Assembly (NCBI GenBank): GCA_951406725.2
Contig: OX597829.1
Coordinates: 55,490,001 to 55,554,000, forward strand
Length of the DNA stretch: 64,000 nucleotides
Direction of reading: 5' to 3'
DNA from: Octopus vulgaris
Taxonomy: Eukaryota
The position numbers and the translations under genes were made by a program. This document shows, piece by piece, positions 12,518 to 24,769 of the stretch; position 1 is the first letter of the stretch, and every line of letters starts with the position of its first letter. Below the pieces are notes generated by a model that saw nothing but the letters and a program-made list of their open reading frames with translations, had not been told where the DNA came from and searched no databases.

Positions 12518-13335
12518 TAAACCATTTAGCATTCAGATTACTTTGTCAAGTGTAATATTTATTTATTCACATTACTTTGAATTAATCATGAATATAATCT
12601 TATTGCTTTGCGATTTCAATGATGTGATTGTTTAGTTTTAGACTGGTAATACAGGATATTATTAAGTTGAATTAATTTCATTTAAAATATTATAGACATT
12701 CTAACTTTAACCTCTTTAGCATTCAGATTTCTCTATCAAATGTAATGCTTTTTTTATTCTCAATGTTTTCATTTAATCATATATTATCTCAGTTTTGAGA
12801 TTTCAATGATGTGATTATTTAGTTTTAGAATGTCGTTGTGGGGTAGGTGAGAGAGGCCAGATATGGCCAGTTTTAACACAAAACATGTAGAATATTTGGA
12901 CTGGATACGGCTGGTTTAAATTCTAAAGGGTTAAACCAGCCATATTCAGCCCAAATGCCCTGACTGTTTTATGTTCAAACCAACCAGATCTGGCCTCTTG
13001 CATCTACCCTACAATGTCATTCTAAAAACAAAGAATCACATCATCCAACTCTTGAAGCTATGAGATAATGCCTGATTAATTAAAGACAATGTGAATTAGA
13101 AAGCATTACATTTGATAACCTGAATGCTAAAAGGTTAAACTGGCCTAAATACTTTACCTGTTTTATATTCTAACTTGCCAGATTCAACCTGTCACACTTA
13201 CCCTACAATGTCATTCTAAAAATAAGCAATCACATCGTCAGAATATTTCAGCTATGAGATAATGCATGATTTATTCAAAACAATGTGAATAAATAAGGAA
13301 TAAGGAATTTGACAGAATAATCTGAATATTAAACA
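12518..13335. mobile_element. Cluster of four TTAA-flanked (piggyBac-like) MITE copies in mixed orientation
   Basis: Termini ttaacc.tttagcatt and aatgctaaa.ggttaa. Copies at about 12518-12660(+, partial), 12707-12934(+), 12931-13138(-) and 13135-13335(-). Another copy at about 11776-11980(-). Confidence 0.75.
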
Positions 13336-13866
13336 GTTCATACAACAAAACATTCATCTCGTTAAGCTGCTTTAATAAGGTTAACTCAGTAATGCTACTG
13401 AACATTGTAACCAGCATTATTAATTATTTTGACTAATAAATGAAGAAAATGAAATTCAGTGGTTTTCAACCATTTTTTTTTTTTACCTAAGGACCCATTT
13501 ATTTACTATTTTATTCTGGTGGATTCCCATATCCATTTGAGGCTTAAAAACTAGTTCTATACAAATTTCTTTCAAAATTCCTATTTTATTTTTCACACAT
13601 TGTGTTGATTGAACCTTGTAAAATGTCTGAGAAAGAAACCCAGCTATTTCTTGCCATAAATACATCTAAAACAGTTTTTTCTGGGTACCTTAAAATACTT
13701 TTGTGGATCCCCAATTTGCTACTTTGCTTGTGCACCCCACCCCCTAAAAAACAATGAGAACCATTGTTGTAATATATCAGACTTAAGGAAAATACTTTGA
13801 CGATTTGTTTGATCTTCTTGAAGACATTTTCAGTTGAATCATCAATTTTTTCTTTTTTCTTTCCAG

Positions 13867-14069
13867 ACAAATACTTTCCAGGTTGTTATTGCTTCCAGCG
13901 GTGATGACTCATTTGTTCTGTTCAATTATGATGACAAAATTCAATGGATCAAAGGCGAAGGCAAGGGACCACATCCAGATCCACCTGCACAGATGGGATT
14001 CGACTCAGGAGCAGGGCATTACCAACGATTGCCTTATTCCGGATCAGACGAAGCAGCTAACGTAGCAAA
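13867..14069 (+). CDS. NID: Nidogen/entactin-like gene, internal exon encoding NIDO (G1) domain core
   Basis: Acceptor tttttttccag|ACA after a long pyrimidine tract; donor AA|gtattt (phase 0 to 2). Peptide TNTFQVVIAS..SFVLFNY..IQWIKGEG..PAQMGFDSG..LPYSGS matches the NIDO pattern NTFQ.VL...SF.LF.Y...W. The W..GE...PD..AQ.GF spacing resembles invertebrate nidogen. Confidence 0.88.
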
Positions 14070-14639
14070 GTATTTATTAGTTTTTATTTAAGTCTTCCTT
14101 GTTTCAGTCACTGGAACTGTAGCCAAGCTGGGCCACCACCTAGAAAGGTGTTTTAGTCAAATGAATCAACTCCATTGTTTTTATTTGCTTCCTATACCAA
14201 ACTACTAAGTTCCTGGGATGTAAACAAACCAACATCAGTTGTCAAGTGGGGATGAGGGATAAATACAAACACACACACACACACAAACACACATACTTAT
14301 ATATATGTATGTATACACACATATAAGTATGTGTGTGTTGGCCTAACACTAAAATATGTTGTTTGGCATACTTTATCAAAAAGGATTTTCATCAGAAAAA
14401 TGTGAAGTTGTTACCTTGATTTATACACCTTGTATACTATGTGTGTGTATAGGTATGTGTGTATGTGTGTATGTATGTATGCATGTGCATACATATATGT
14501 TTCTATCTGTCTGTATGTATGTATATATATGTACATATGTGTATGTATGTATGTATGTATATGTATATATGTGTGTATTTATGTATATGTATATATGTGT
14601 GTATATGAGTGTTTGTTATGTAAAATATTTGTCTACATG

Positions 14640-14680
<41 letters not shown>

Positions 14681-15059
14681 GTAACATATTTATGTGTGTC
14701 ACTCAGTCTTCTGCTAATATATCAATATTTTCTGCTGATGTTATCAATATTTTTTTAGTTTTTTTGTATTCCATCAGTTATTCTCCCCCAGAAGATTGTT
14801 AATCTGTCAGCTTTTGGATAAAAGAAAATTCTAATGTCACTTATTTCAAGAACGACAAAATATACTGAGAATTAACCTTTTTCTTTTTGTTTAAGCATCT
14901 TTACGTTTAAAGAATCCTCCAAGCATATTCAGCTTGGTGTTCTCTGAGTAAAGATGGACTTCAACCCTGGATCATTGAAAATCTACACTTCATTCAAAAG
15001 AAGCCTATCAACTAGATTAAGAAATTAGAAAATTACTATTTCTAAATCTCACAACAAGA

Positions 15060-15748
15060 GATATTCATCAACAGTACTTTGGAGTAAAGATTGTTTGCCA
15101 ACATAACATAAAATGGCAGTGCCCAGTCCTGGTTTAGGATAAATTTGGCAGCACCACCTATAGCCAAACAATTATTCTGTGCTGATGAAGGGAAATAACC
15201 TGGAAATCGTGATACACAGATATTGTTCTGAGCTGGGTTGGGGTGCTAGATTCCCTTGTTCGAAAATATAAGGACTCAGATTGTGTCATATAGCCAGCTG
15301 GAGACGATGTCTCCTGGGGCTAAATTACAGCAACATTCGTCCTAAACCAGGACTGCCATGTTATGTTGGCAAGCAATCTTTATTACAAAGTACTGTTGCT
15401 AAATATCACCCATTATAACCGTTGTAAGATTTAAAAATAGTAATTTTCTTATTTATAGATCAGTGACTAGTTGTCACTTTGAAAACTATATATTTCGAAC
15501 GGGAATCTGGCAGCACCACCTCTGGCTGAACAATTATTCTGTGATGATGAAAAGAAATAACCTGGAAATCGTGATACACAGATATTGTTTTGAGCTGAGT
15601 GGGGGTGCTAGACCACCTTGTTGGAAAATATAAGGACACAGATTGTGTCGTATAGCCAGCTGGAGATGATGTCTCCTGGGGCTAAATTACAGCAACACTT
15701 GTCCTGAACCAGGACTGCCCTGTTATATTGGAAAACAATCTTTGCTCC
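15060..15748 (+). mobile_element. Penelope-like pLTR remnant: two direct units plus an inverted segment
   Basis: About 15147-15385 repeats at about 15508-15745 (offset about 362). About 15060-15140 is the reverse complement of about 15338-15407. Confidence 0.7.
15176..15220 (+). ncRNA. Minimal hammerhead ribozyme candidate
   Basis: tctgtg CTGATGA agggaaataacctg GAAA tcgtga TA cacaga. 6-bp stem I and near-palindromic stem III. The second copy at 15538-15582 has ATGATGA. Confidence 0.7.
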
Positions 15749-16601
15749 TAGATTAAGAAATGTTCTTACACATAAACACCATTATGTTCTCATAAAACAT
15801 TATAGTATTTATGTGTTCTCTATATCTTAAATGAGTAAATTTTGTTCATAATTTGTAATTCTCTTTTTGTATCAATCTTTTGCACATTCTCCCCTTTTGG
15901 CCCCTATTACTAAATTGGGTCCACTCCCTCATTCTGCTATCGCTACTTTTCATCACAATGCCAAATTGCTTTATCCTTTACATATTGTAACTTGTTCGTT
16001 GGTATGTTGCTATATTTTAAGTAATCCACTTTCTGTAAACCGTAAATGCATTTAAATAAAGCGTATTTAGGAAACAGGATTTAATTACAACATACTGAGA
16101 CTTAATTAATAATAGTTGACAGTAAACAGGATATTGCAATAACTGGTTTGGCAATTAGTAGATAACAACTTAATTAATTTCACATCTGTAAATACAATTA
16201 TTTGCTGCCTAATGAGTAAAATGAATGTATGAATTTGATTTAAACTTGTCTGTGTGAATGCTTGTCTGTGTGAAGATAGTATCTTTCATGGGATGGGGGA
16301 GGGGGGTTAAATGCATATAGAAAGAATTTTCAGGATCTTTTGAACATTTATTCTTGGCAAAGGTAAATGGAAGAAGCGTCATGGTTTTAAAAATTACAAA
16401 TCAATTTTAAAAAACAATAAATCCTGGGATAATATGGGTTAAATCTGTGTCATTGCAGTAATTGATATCAAGGTTATTAATTAGTATCTAAGTAAGGCAT
16501 GAACAAAGACAAAGTAAAAATAATTTCAAAACACAAAAACAAAACAAAATGAAAATAGTGAATAAAGTACAATGTAATTAATGCTGTGGACGGAAAGAAA
16601 A

Positions 16602-16635
16602 GTTGACATTTCAGACAGTGGTCTTTCATCAAAAC
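16602..16635 (-). ncRNA. Degenerate minimal hammerhead motif
   Basis: Minus strand: gtt TTGATGA AAGAC cact GTCT GAAA tg TC aac. Confidence 0.5.
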
Positions 16636-16761
16636 AGAAGGATGGAGAAAAGAAAAGAACAAAAAAAAAAAATAAAAAGAAAGAAGAAAGAAAAACATTA
16701 TGTCAGTTGAGATGAGTAATATACTTGAAGTCCATTAATTTTATAAATGAGTTGATTTTTG

Positions 16762-16948
16762 GAGCAAAGAAGAATGAGCAAAGAAGAATGAGCAAAGAAG
16801 AATGAGCAAAGAAGAATGAGCAAAGAAGAATGAGCAAAGAAGAATGAGCAAAGAAGAATGAGCAAAGAAGAATGAGCAAAGAAGAATGAGCAAAGAAGAA
16901 TGAGCAAAGAAGAATGAGCAAAGAAGAATGAGCAAAGAAGAATGAGCA
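16762..16948. repeat. Perfect 14-bp minisatellite (GAGCAAAGAAGAAT) x13.3
   Basis: Thirteen identical units plus GAGCA. Confidence 0.95.
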
Positions 16949-17129
16949 TTGGTGAAAGAAATAAGTACAGCAATCATGGAAGAAAAATGAAGTTTGTGTG
17001 AAGTAAGGGTGTGTATGTGTGAGTGTGTGAATGACATGCATAGGAGAGTATGCGAAGTATACAAACATAAATACACACATGCACGCACACACACACACAT
17101 GCACGCACACACACACATACACACACTGT

Positions 17130-17492
17130 TTAGTTGTTTTAGTCACTGGACTGTGGCTACGATGGGGGTTTGCCCTGAAGGGTTTCATTGAACAAATTGA
17201 CCCCAGTACTTACGTATTCTTTTTTGTCTGGTACTTATTCTATCGGTCTCTTTTGTTGAACCACCAAGTTATGTGGACATAAACAAACCAATTGTCAGTT
17301 GTCAAGTGGTGGCAATGGACAAATGCAGCCACAAAGGCACCACATGCTCCTCTCAGCTTCAGCCTACCAAATCTGCTCTCAAGGTTTTGTTTGGCCTGGG
17401 GCTATAGTAGAAAGCACTTGCCCAAGGTGACACAACCATACAACCATTAACCATGTGGTTGGGAAGAAAACTTCTTTCCACACAGCCATGCT
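17130..17492 (-). mobile_element. SINE family A copy (tRNA-derived head)
   Basis: Reverse complement of the GCATGGCTGTGTGG...CCTTGGGCAAGTG head and the GAATAAGTAC...TGACTAAAAC tail. Confidence 0.75.
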
Positions 17493-17666
17493 GATACGTG
17501 TGTGTGTGTGTGTGTGTGTGAATTAACAAGGTTGTGTGCAAATGTTCGTCAATATAATTAATGAGTAAAGTAGATTGTTATTGGGTAATGTGTGCCAAGT
17601 CTTCACAACATGGGTGTGTTGGGTGTTTGCTTGAAGTATGCTTATGTATGTGTGTGTGTGAGCATG

Positions 17667-18010
17667 GTAAAGACCCCCTACAATCATGAATGATTATGGG
17701 ACTGCACCTAGAAAATTCCCCTCCAAGGTACAAGTCTGGGCAAGGTTGTTTCTATGGAAGACCAGTTGTCATCCATGCCATACCAGCCTCCACTCTCCAT
17801 GCCACTGATCTTATCCAAGGAGAAAGACAAAAGCTGATACAACTTGGCACCAGTGATGTCACAATTCATTTCTACAGATGAGTGAATTGGAGCAACGTGA
17901 AATAAAATGTCTTGCTCAAGAACACAACACACAGCCCAGTCAGGGAACCGAACTCACTACCTTATGATTGTGAGCCTGACGCTCTAACCACTGAGCCATG
18001 TGCCTTCACT
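17667..18010 (-). mobile_element. SINE family D copy (tRNA-derived head)
   Basis: gtaaagacccc...ctctaaccactgagccatgtgccttcac. Second copy at 19780-20116; partial copies at about 41200-41340, 41860-41990 and 62770-62890. Confidence 0.8.
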
Positions 18011-18559
18011 GTGTGGGAGCAGAGAGGGAGTTCAGTGTGTTGGCAAAGTTGTATGTGAATGTTATAGTGTGCAGGGTGAATATATAAGTTATGATGTTAG
18101 AGAATGGTATGTGTTAGGATTTATTGAGTGAATTTAATCTGAAAAGGTGTCAAAGTGTGTGTGAATGTAGGAACAGAGAGAAAGAGAGAGTGGTGGGTGA
18201 GTGGTAGTGTGTTTGTGTATGGAGTGTGTGACTGATTGGATAGAGAACACACATGGTATGGGGATGTGTTTGCATATCCAGTGTGTGGGTAGAGAAGAAA
18301 GCAGATGGCAGGGGTATCATGTTTATGTATGTAGTGTGAAAGAGTATAGAGAAGGCAAGATGGACGTTGCAGAGAAGGGAGGTAATGCACAATGCATGTT
18401 TGTATATGCAGTACTTGGGAAGATGGAAAGTGGGGTGGCCGAATACAGACTGTGTATGAGGGAAGTGATTTAGCAGTATGTAAATTAGTTACTAATTTCA
18501 GCATGAGCTAAAATAGGAATGGACATTTAGTTGTTGTTCACTACGAAGCTTGAAAATGA

Positions 18560-18960
18560 GTTCTATGGTGTTGTATAATCTCTCAGACAATGAGATGCAT
18601 CAGCAGATGGAAGACCCCTGAAGATTTAAAATGATTGGTCAAATGGCCTCAGGTCACAGGCTTAAGGGATCTGCTGTGATCGTGCTGGACATCCAACAAA
18701 GCTTCTTCAAAGGATAAGACATGTGGTACCCAGTCTTTCCTATGTACAATAAGTGACAAAGTTGGCATTTAAAGCAGCAGATGACATTTTTGGACATACA
18801 AGAGGCCATGATGTGGAAAAAGTTCATTTTAATTGAGATGGGTGGAAATGCTGTTGAAAATGGTGGAAAGGCTGATGGAAATGTTGTAAGATGATGCATT
18901 AAAGGGGTCCAGTGACAGGGTGGAAGGTGAAGGAATTAGGAAGGTATCTACTGATGGCAA
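18560..18960 (-). mobile_element. Penelope-like element GIY-YIG endonuclease remnant
   Basis: SCMSKNVICCFKCQLCHLLYIGKTG matches the PLE C.S.NVIY...C..C...YIG.T motif. Degenerate related sequence continues at about 19480-19760. Confidence 0.7.
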
Positions 18961-19007
18961 AAGTATGATGCAGAAATGAGGATGTGTGGTGAAAAGCGAG
19001 GGCTTAC

Positions 19008-19428
19008 TCTTCTTTTATTTGTTTCAGTCATTTGACTGCGGCCATGCTGGAGCACTGCCTTTAGTCAAACAAATCGCCCCCAGGACTTGTTCTTTGTAAG
19101 CCAAGTACTTATTCTGTCAGTGTCTTTTGCTGAACTGCTAAGTTATGGGGACGTAAACATACCAACATCAGTTGTCAAGTGATGGTGAAGAGGGTGGACA
19201 AACACACACACAAACATATACATACATATATATATATATGTGTGTGTATATATATATATATATGATGGGCTTCTTTTAGTTTCTGTCTATCAAATCTACT
19301 CACAAGGCTTTGGTTGGCCTGAGATTATAGTAGAAGACAACTTGCCCAAGGTGCCAAGCAGTAGGACTGAACCTGGAACTATGTGTTTGGGATGCAAGCG
19401 TCTTACCACACAGCCATACCTGTGCCTA
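19008..19428 (-). mobile_element. SINE family A, near full length
   Basis: Head and tail are separated by a (TA/CA) tract. Other pieces at about 9507-9690(+), 14092-14270(-), 20770-20915(+), 21822-22035(+), 22048-22203(-), 34455-34660(-) and 35215-35380(-). Confidence 0.85.
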
Positions 19429-21310
19429 TAATTGCAATTAATGTTAGTGGACAGTTGGTGGTAACTTGACCGAAGGAAGAAGTGGAACGTATGGTGAAAC
19501 TGATCCTGAAAATCAGAGACTGATTATATGACTGTGGATTTGGAATGAAGCATGATAAGATTAAATCAAAGTGAGAGAAGGTTCAGTGGATTTGTAAAAT
19601 CAGAGGGGAAATGGATTAGGGTGGGAAATATGCAGAGATGTTGGAGAAGGTAGATGCAAATTCTAAATCAGTGTGGAAGAAGTTGGTGAAAGCAGGTGAG
19701 CTGCTTATGGGTAAGGGAAGTATTTCATTCTAACTTTATTTGTTGACACAACCAATGTAGCATATGTAAAGAGTAAAGTGTAAAGACCCCCTTCGGTCAT
19801 GAATGACCATGAAATTGCACCTAGAAAGTTTGCCATCCAAGGTTCAAGTTCAGGTAAAGTTTATGGAAGACCAGCACTTGCTCATGCCATACCAGCCACC
19901 CGTCTCCATGCCACCGATGTTATCCAAGAGAAGACAAAGGCTGATACAGTTTGGCACCAGTGATGTTACAACTCATTTCTACGGCTGAGTGAACTGGAGC
20001 AACATGAAATAAAGTGTCTTGCTCAAGAACACAACACACAGCTAGGTCTGGGAATTGAACTCACTGCCTCATGATTGTGAGCCTGATGCTCTAACCACTG
20101 AGCCATGTGACTTCATAGAATTGATGTTTATTTTATGTACTTAAGTCTGAAAGATGGAGAGAAATATCTTGTGAAATTACATCAGCGCCTGCATTTTAGG
20201 TTTCATTGTCATCACCATTGTCATTTAACGTCTACTTTCCATGCTGGCACAGGTTTGACTGAGGACTGGTGAGCCAGGAGGATGCACCAGGCTCTAATCT
20301 GATCTGGCAGAGTTTCTACAGCTGGATGCCCTTCCTAATGCCAACCACTCCGAGAGTGTAGTGGGTGCTTTTACAGTTCAGTCAGGCTGTTCTGGCAACG
20401 ACCACACTCGAATGTTGTTTTTCATGTGCCAGTAAGGAAACACTGGCAATGATCATGTGTGAATGGTGCTTTTTACGTGCCACCGTCACGGGAGCCAATC
20501 TGTGGCCCTGGCAACGATCATGCTCAGATGAGCTTTTAACGTTCCACTGGCACAAGTGCCAATCAGGCAGTACTGCCATCAGCCACTTCAGCGATTTTGA
20601 TTTTGATCTCACTTGCTTCAATGTTTCCATATCCTAATTCTTTATCTTAATTCAGATTAAGTGTTTTAATTATACAGTCTCTTAATTATTCAGCTATTAG
20701 TCTTCTTCTACAATTTATTAGAACACATAATCAAAATCTAAAAGAAAAAAGAGAATATTTTCCATAATGGTGCAGGAATGGCTGTGAGGTAAGGAGCTTG
20801 CTTCCCATCCACATGGTTCTGGGTTCAGTTCCACTGCATGACATCTTGAGTAAGTGTTTTCTACTGCCTTGTGAGTGGATTTGGTAGACGGAAACTGAAA
20901 GAAGCCCATCGAGTATATATATATATGAATTTGAGTAACTGTTAACATAATTTACTTCAAGGTATGGATGAATTAAGTTTAGTTTTAACTTCCCCATTCT
21001 TATAAACATCAAAAGTGGATATTTAACTCTCTTTGACATGTGTGCGTATGCTTGCATTTTCATGGATGCTTGTATGAGTGAGTGTACACATGCCATGCAG
21101 CTTATGCAAGGATGTTTATACATGCATATTTATTAACAGTTATTTTTACTACTTTTCTCACTGCATTACGTGTCCGTTTCCCTTTTATTCCCATCTGTGA
21201 TTTTATTTTTGGTCTTCTGTGTAAACGAAGGTATTTCCTTCATTTTGCTGCTTTCTATGAAATGAGAAAATACATAATGGAACTGTTATTTTAACAAGTT
21301 GTGTCTATTC

Positions 21311-21409
21311 ATCATCTGATGAGAGACATCTGCACCGCCAGATGCTCCTGAACCAGTTGTTGAGTGTCGCACCTGTGACGGATCGATGCATCGAAACAAT
21401 TGTCGTAAT
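21311..21409 (+). ncRNA. Hammerhead ribozyme candidate with branched stem II and intact core
   Basis: atcat CTGATGA GA[hairpins CATCTG/CAGATG and GTCGCA/TGTGAC]TC GAAA CAATTG TC gtaat. Palindromic stem III ACAATTGT and a GUC cleavage triplet. Confidence 0.62.
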
Positions 21410-21454
21410 TAATAATAAATTCTCGTATATTCCATCTTCTGTTTTATATATAAA

Positions 21455-21821
21455 CTAGCAGTATCGCCCGGCGTTGCTCGGGTTTGTAAGGGAAATAACT
21501 ATATAAGCATTTTTAGAGATGTAAAGTATAATAGCCATCTCAATATGGCTAACCACAAAGGGGGGGTGTTACTGTAGCTTTTTACATTCTGAGATTTAAT
21601 AATACATTTTTAGAGAGTTACAAAAAATGCATTAAAAATGGGAAAAAATGATGGTAAATTTTTTTTTAAATTGTAGACGCGCGCTAATACCCAGAAGGGC
21701 TCAATATAAATCATGACTATAAGATACCCGCTTTTGGTTACACTGCATCGCAAAATGTGGGAGTAGTTAGGAATCTAATTCGTAGGAGACAGACACACAA
21801 CTTCACTTTTATATATAAAGA
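21455..21821 (-). mobile_element. Non-autonomous Helitron
   Basis: The minus strand starts A|TCTTTATATATAAAAGTG and ends CCCGAGCAACGCCGGG (hairpin) CGATACTG CTAG|T. It sits between A and T with no TSD. Confidence 0.85.
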
Positions 21822-22631
21822 TTTGTGTGTTTGTGTCTGTGCTTGTCCCTGCACCATCGCTTGACAACTGATCTTGGTGTGTTTACATTCCCATAACTTA
21901 GCAGTTTGGTAAAAGAGACCAATAGAATAAGTACCAGGCTTACAAAGAATAAGTTTAGGGGTTGGTTTCCTCAACTAAAAGATAATGCTCCAGTATGGCC
22001 ACAGTTAAAATGACTGAAACACATAAAAGAATAAAAAAATATTTATTATGGGTTTCTTTCAGTTTCTGTCTACAAAACCCACTGGCAAGGCTTTGGTTGG
22101 CCCAAGGCTATAGCAGAAAACTTGTGTAAGGTACCCTGCTGAGAGACTGACCTCAAAACCATGTGGTTTAGAAGCAAACTTCTTACCACATGGCCTCACC
22201 TGCTAAAAATAATTGTATGAATAATTGTATGAATATATAAATATATCGGAAAGAGCCAGACTCCCCTATATTTCTGAATGTTTTATACTGTGTTGAAAAG
22301 CACAGCAGATGCACGGTTTTAAAGAGACAGAAATATTTCAGAACCTAACACCATTTGTCATATCTTGTTAAATATTAAAATTCTATTTACATCATAAAAT
22401 AAATTGAAAATAAATATTTATATTGCCAATTCACTCACAGAATAAACATAATTAGTCACTTAACTCTTCATGATCTGAAATATCCATCAACAAGTGATGG
22501 TAATGGTGGCGGTAGTCGTAATGTGTTTGTAGAACTGTAACAGTGAAGTAGGGACGATCACAAACGTAATTAACAAAACACATTTTTGCCTCTAAATCTC
22601 TTAAAATTTTTATTATTTCTTTATTTTGCAG

Positions 22632-22723
22632 CTACTCCAATATTGGCGTAAAAGGCCAATATTTATACCATATTTCAGACAAGTATGGCAAACAAATCAG
22701 AGGCCCGCCTGAAAAGGAAGAAA
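22632..22723 (+). CDS. NID: Nidogen-like gene, next exon (end of NIDO domain and start of linker)
   Basis: Acceptor ttattttgcag|C and donor GAAA|gtaagt. 92 nt, phase 2 to 1, joining the previous exon (AA+C=Asn). Reads NYSNIGVKGQYLYHISDKYGKQIRGPPEKEE, i.e. the NIDO C-terminal SN.GV.G..(W/Y).(F/Y) motif. Absent from the ORF track. Confidence 0.87.
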
Positions 22724-22934
22724 GTAAGTAATGTTAGAAATAAAATTTTTATTAAAAAAAATGATAAATTGTTTGATAAAATTTGTTTTATATTTTTGTA
22801 ATTCCATTTCCCTACATACCAATCAGGTTTCTGTCATAGAAGGAAAACATCTCCATCTTAAATGTTTAGCAAATATGTTGAATCATTGTGGCAATAAATA
22901 ACACTGACGTCATTTGTACACTTTTCCTGATATT

Positions 22935-22959
22935 TTGACTGCATACTGGAAAAATGGAT

Positions 22960-22996
<37 letters not shown>

Positions 22997-23050
22997 GTCG
23001 TTTGATGATGATGATGATGATGATTATCCATTTTTCCAGTATGCAGTCAA
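22935..23050. repeat. Inverted repeat with (CAT)n/(ATG)n centre
   Basis: ttgactgcatactggaaaaatggataatcatcat... pairs perfectly with ...atgatgattatccatttttccagtatgcagtcaa. Confidence 0.9.
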
Positions 23051-23069
23051 TAAGTTTTTCTCAATTATT

Positions 23070-23105
<36 letters not shown>

Positions 23106-24769
23106 CAGTATTTATTAACCACATCAAATTCTGCCACCTTTCAAAGGCTATGGGAAATTTCCTCCTTCCTCCATCCCTCCTCTTCTATCCTCGTCTATCC
23201 TCCTCCTCCTCCATCTTGCTGCTACCATACTCATCCTCTTCTTTATCACCCCTTTCTTCTACTCCTCCTTCCCTCATCCTGTTCTTCCTCCCCCAGCCCC
23301 ATTTTCCCTTTACTCTACCCTTTGTCTTTCTCTTCTTCCTCATTCTTTCCTCCCCACTCTGCAGATCTTTCTCTTTCTCCACCACATCCCATCCACCCCT
23401 TTTCCCCTCCCCTCCTGCACCTCCCTTTGCTCTTCCTTCTTTTGGTCCTTTTTTCAACACACACCATAAAGTTAATGACAAAACCCATGAGTGTAATTAA
23501 CAGACGAGTGTTCTTCGTCACAACACCAAACTATTTAACGAGTTCCACTATCCAGTCTTTCGGTTATTATTGCTAAACTGATTTTCTATGATATTGATGA
23601 AGATCACTTATTGATCTCACTAACACATATAGATTGGTCATTCAACTCCTTGTTATTTGGCCCTTCTTTTTTTTTTTTCCAGCTAACCTTTTCAAAACCA
23701 ATCCTTGAGAACCCTTTTATTAAAATGTCCAAATATTTAATTTAAATCTTGAACAGTAAAATCATTATGACAAAGATTTGCAAATTCTAGCCTCCGACAC
23801 CCATCTCCAGCCACCTGTACCCTGCCTCTACCCTATCTTTCCCTCCTACCATCTCATTCAGTTCATCCCCTACTTTAGCTGCTCTTACTGCAGTTATCTT
23901 GCTCTACCTATCTCTAGTCTAACTATTTTCCACCACCAACACAAGACTCTAACCTATTTCCTTTCCAGCTACAATATATTCTCATCATATGATTTTAACG
24001 ACACCTAATTCACCAATAATTTACTCTCAGATGTGTTTCCACAGAAAAAAAAAATCAAGAACAACAACAAAAAACAAAAAACAAATTCTAAATGTACTGG
24101 CTACTACTGTGCCATAAATTATATAGTAATATAGAATAAGAACAACCAAATTGTTCAGTCACATGATATATATAGCTAATGTTCACAATCAATTATTTGG
24201 TAATTATTACTTTACGCATTCATAAAAAGAGACCTACAAAGCATCACCAAATTCCTCAATAGAGAATAAAAATATCTTTTTGGTAAAAAAAAAATTACTT
24301 CAGGTTATTTACTGTTTAAAGAAAGATGAATTTTATTTACTTGAAAATGAGAAAAGAGTTGTGTTTAATATTTGATTGAAAGTTCTCCCCACAAAAATTC
24401 TCTCTTCAACTATTATCTCTTCTTTGTTATTATTCATTAATATTCATAAAACTGCATCAATGAGAACAGCTAACACAGCATCTGTCTGCAGGCATTTTTA
24501 TGAATATTTTTTTTTTCTCATACTAATCTAGTCAGTGGTGTGATGTGAAATTGTTGTTGTGTAGCTTCAGGTCAGCTTTGATGAACAGAAGTAACAGACA
24601 GATATCATGTGGTGTGATATGTTGTTACACTTGGTAATTAGTATCGGTGATATGGTATTAGATTTTGTAGTCACAGTGTGTAATAAATACCAACTGCACA
24701 GTGATAATGCGTTGTGCTGTGAAATAAAAAGTTAAATAAAAAGATGGATATTTCATAAAGATTTTGAAA

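Noticed and set aside
16698-17188. Repetitive FFFAHSSLLILLCS ORFs; CRISPR-like periodicity
   Set aside because: A 14-bp tandem repeat with no spacers, in a eukaryotic context with no cas genes.
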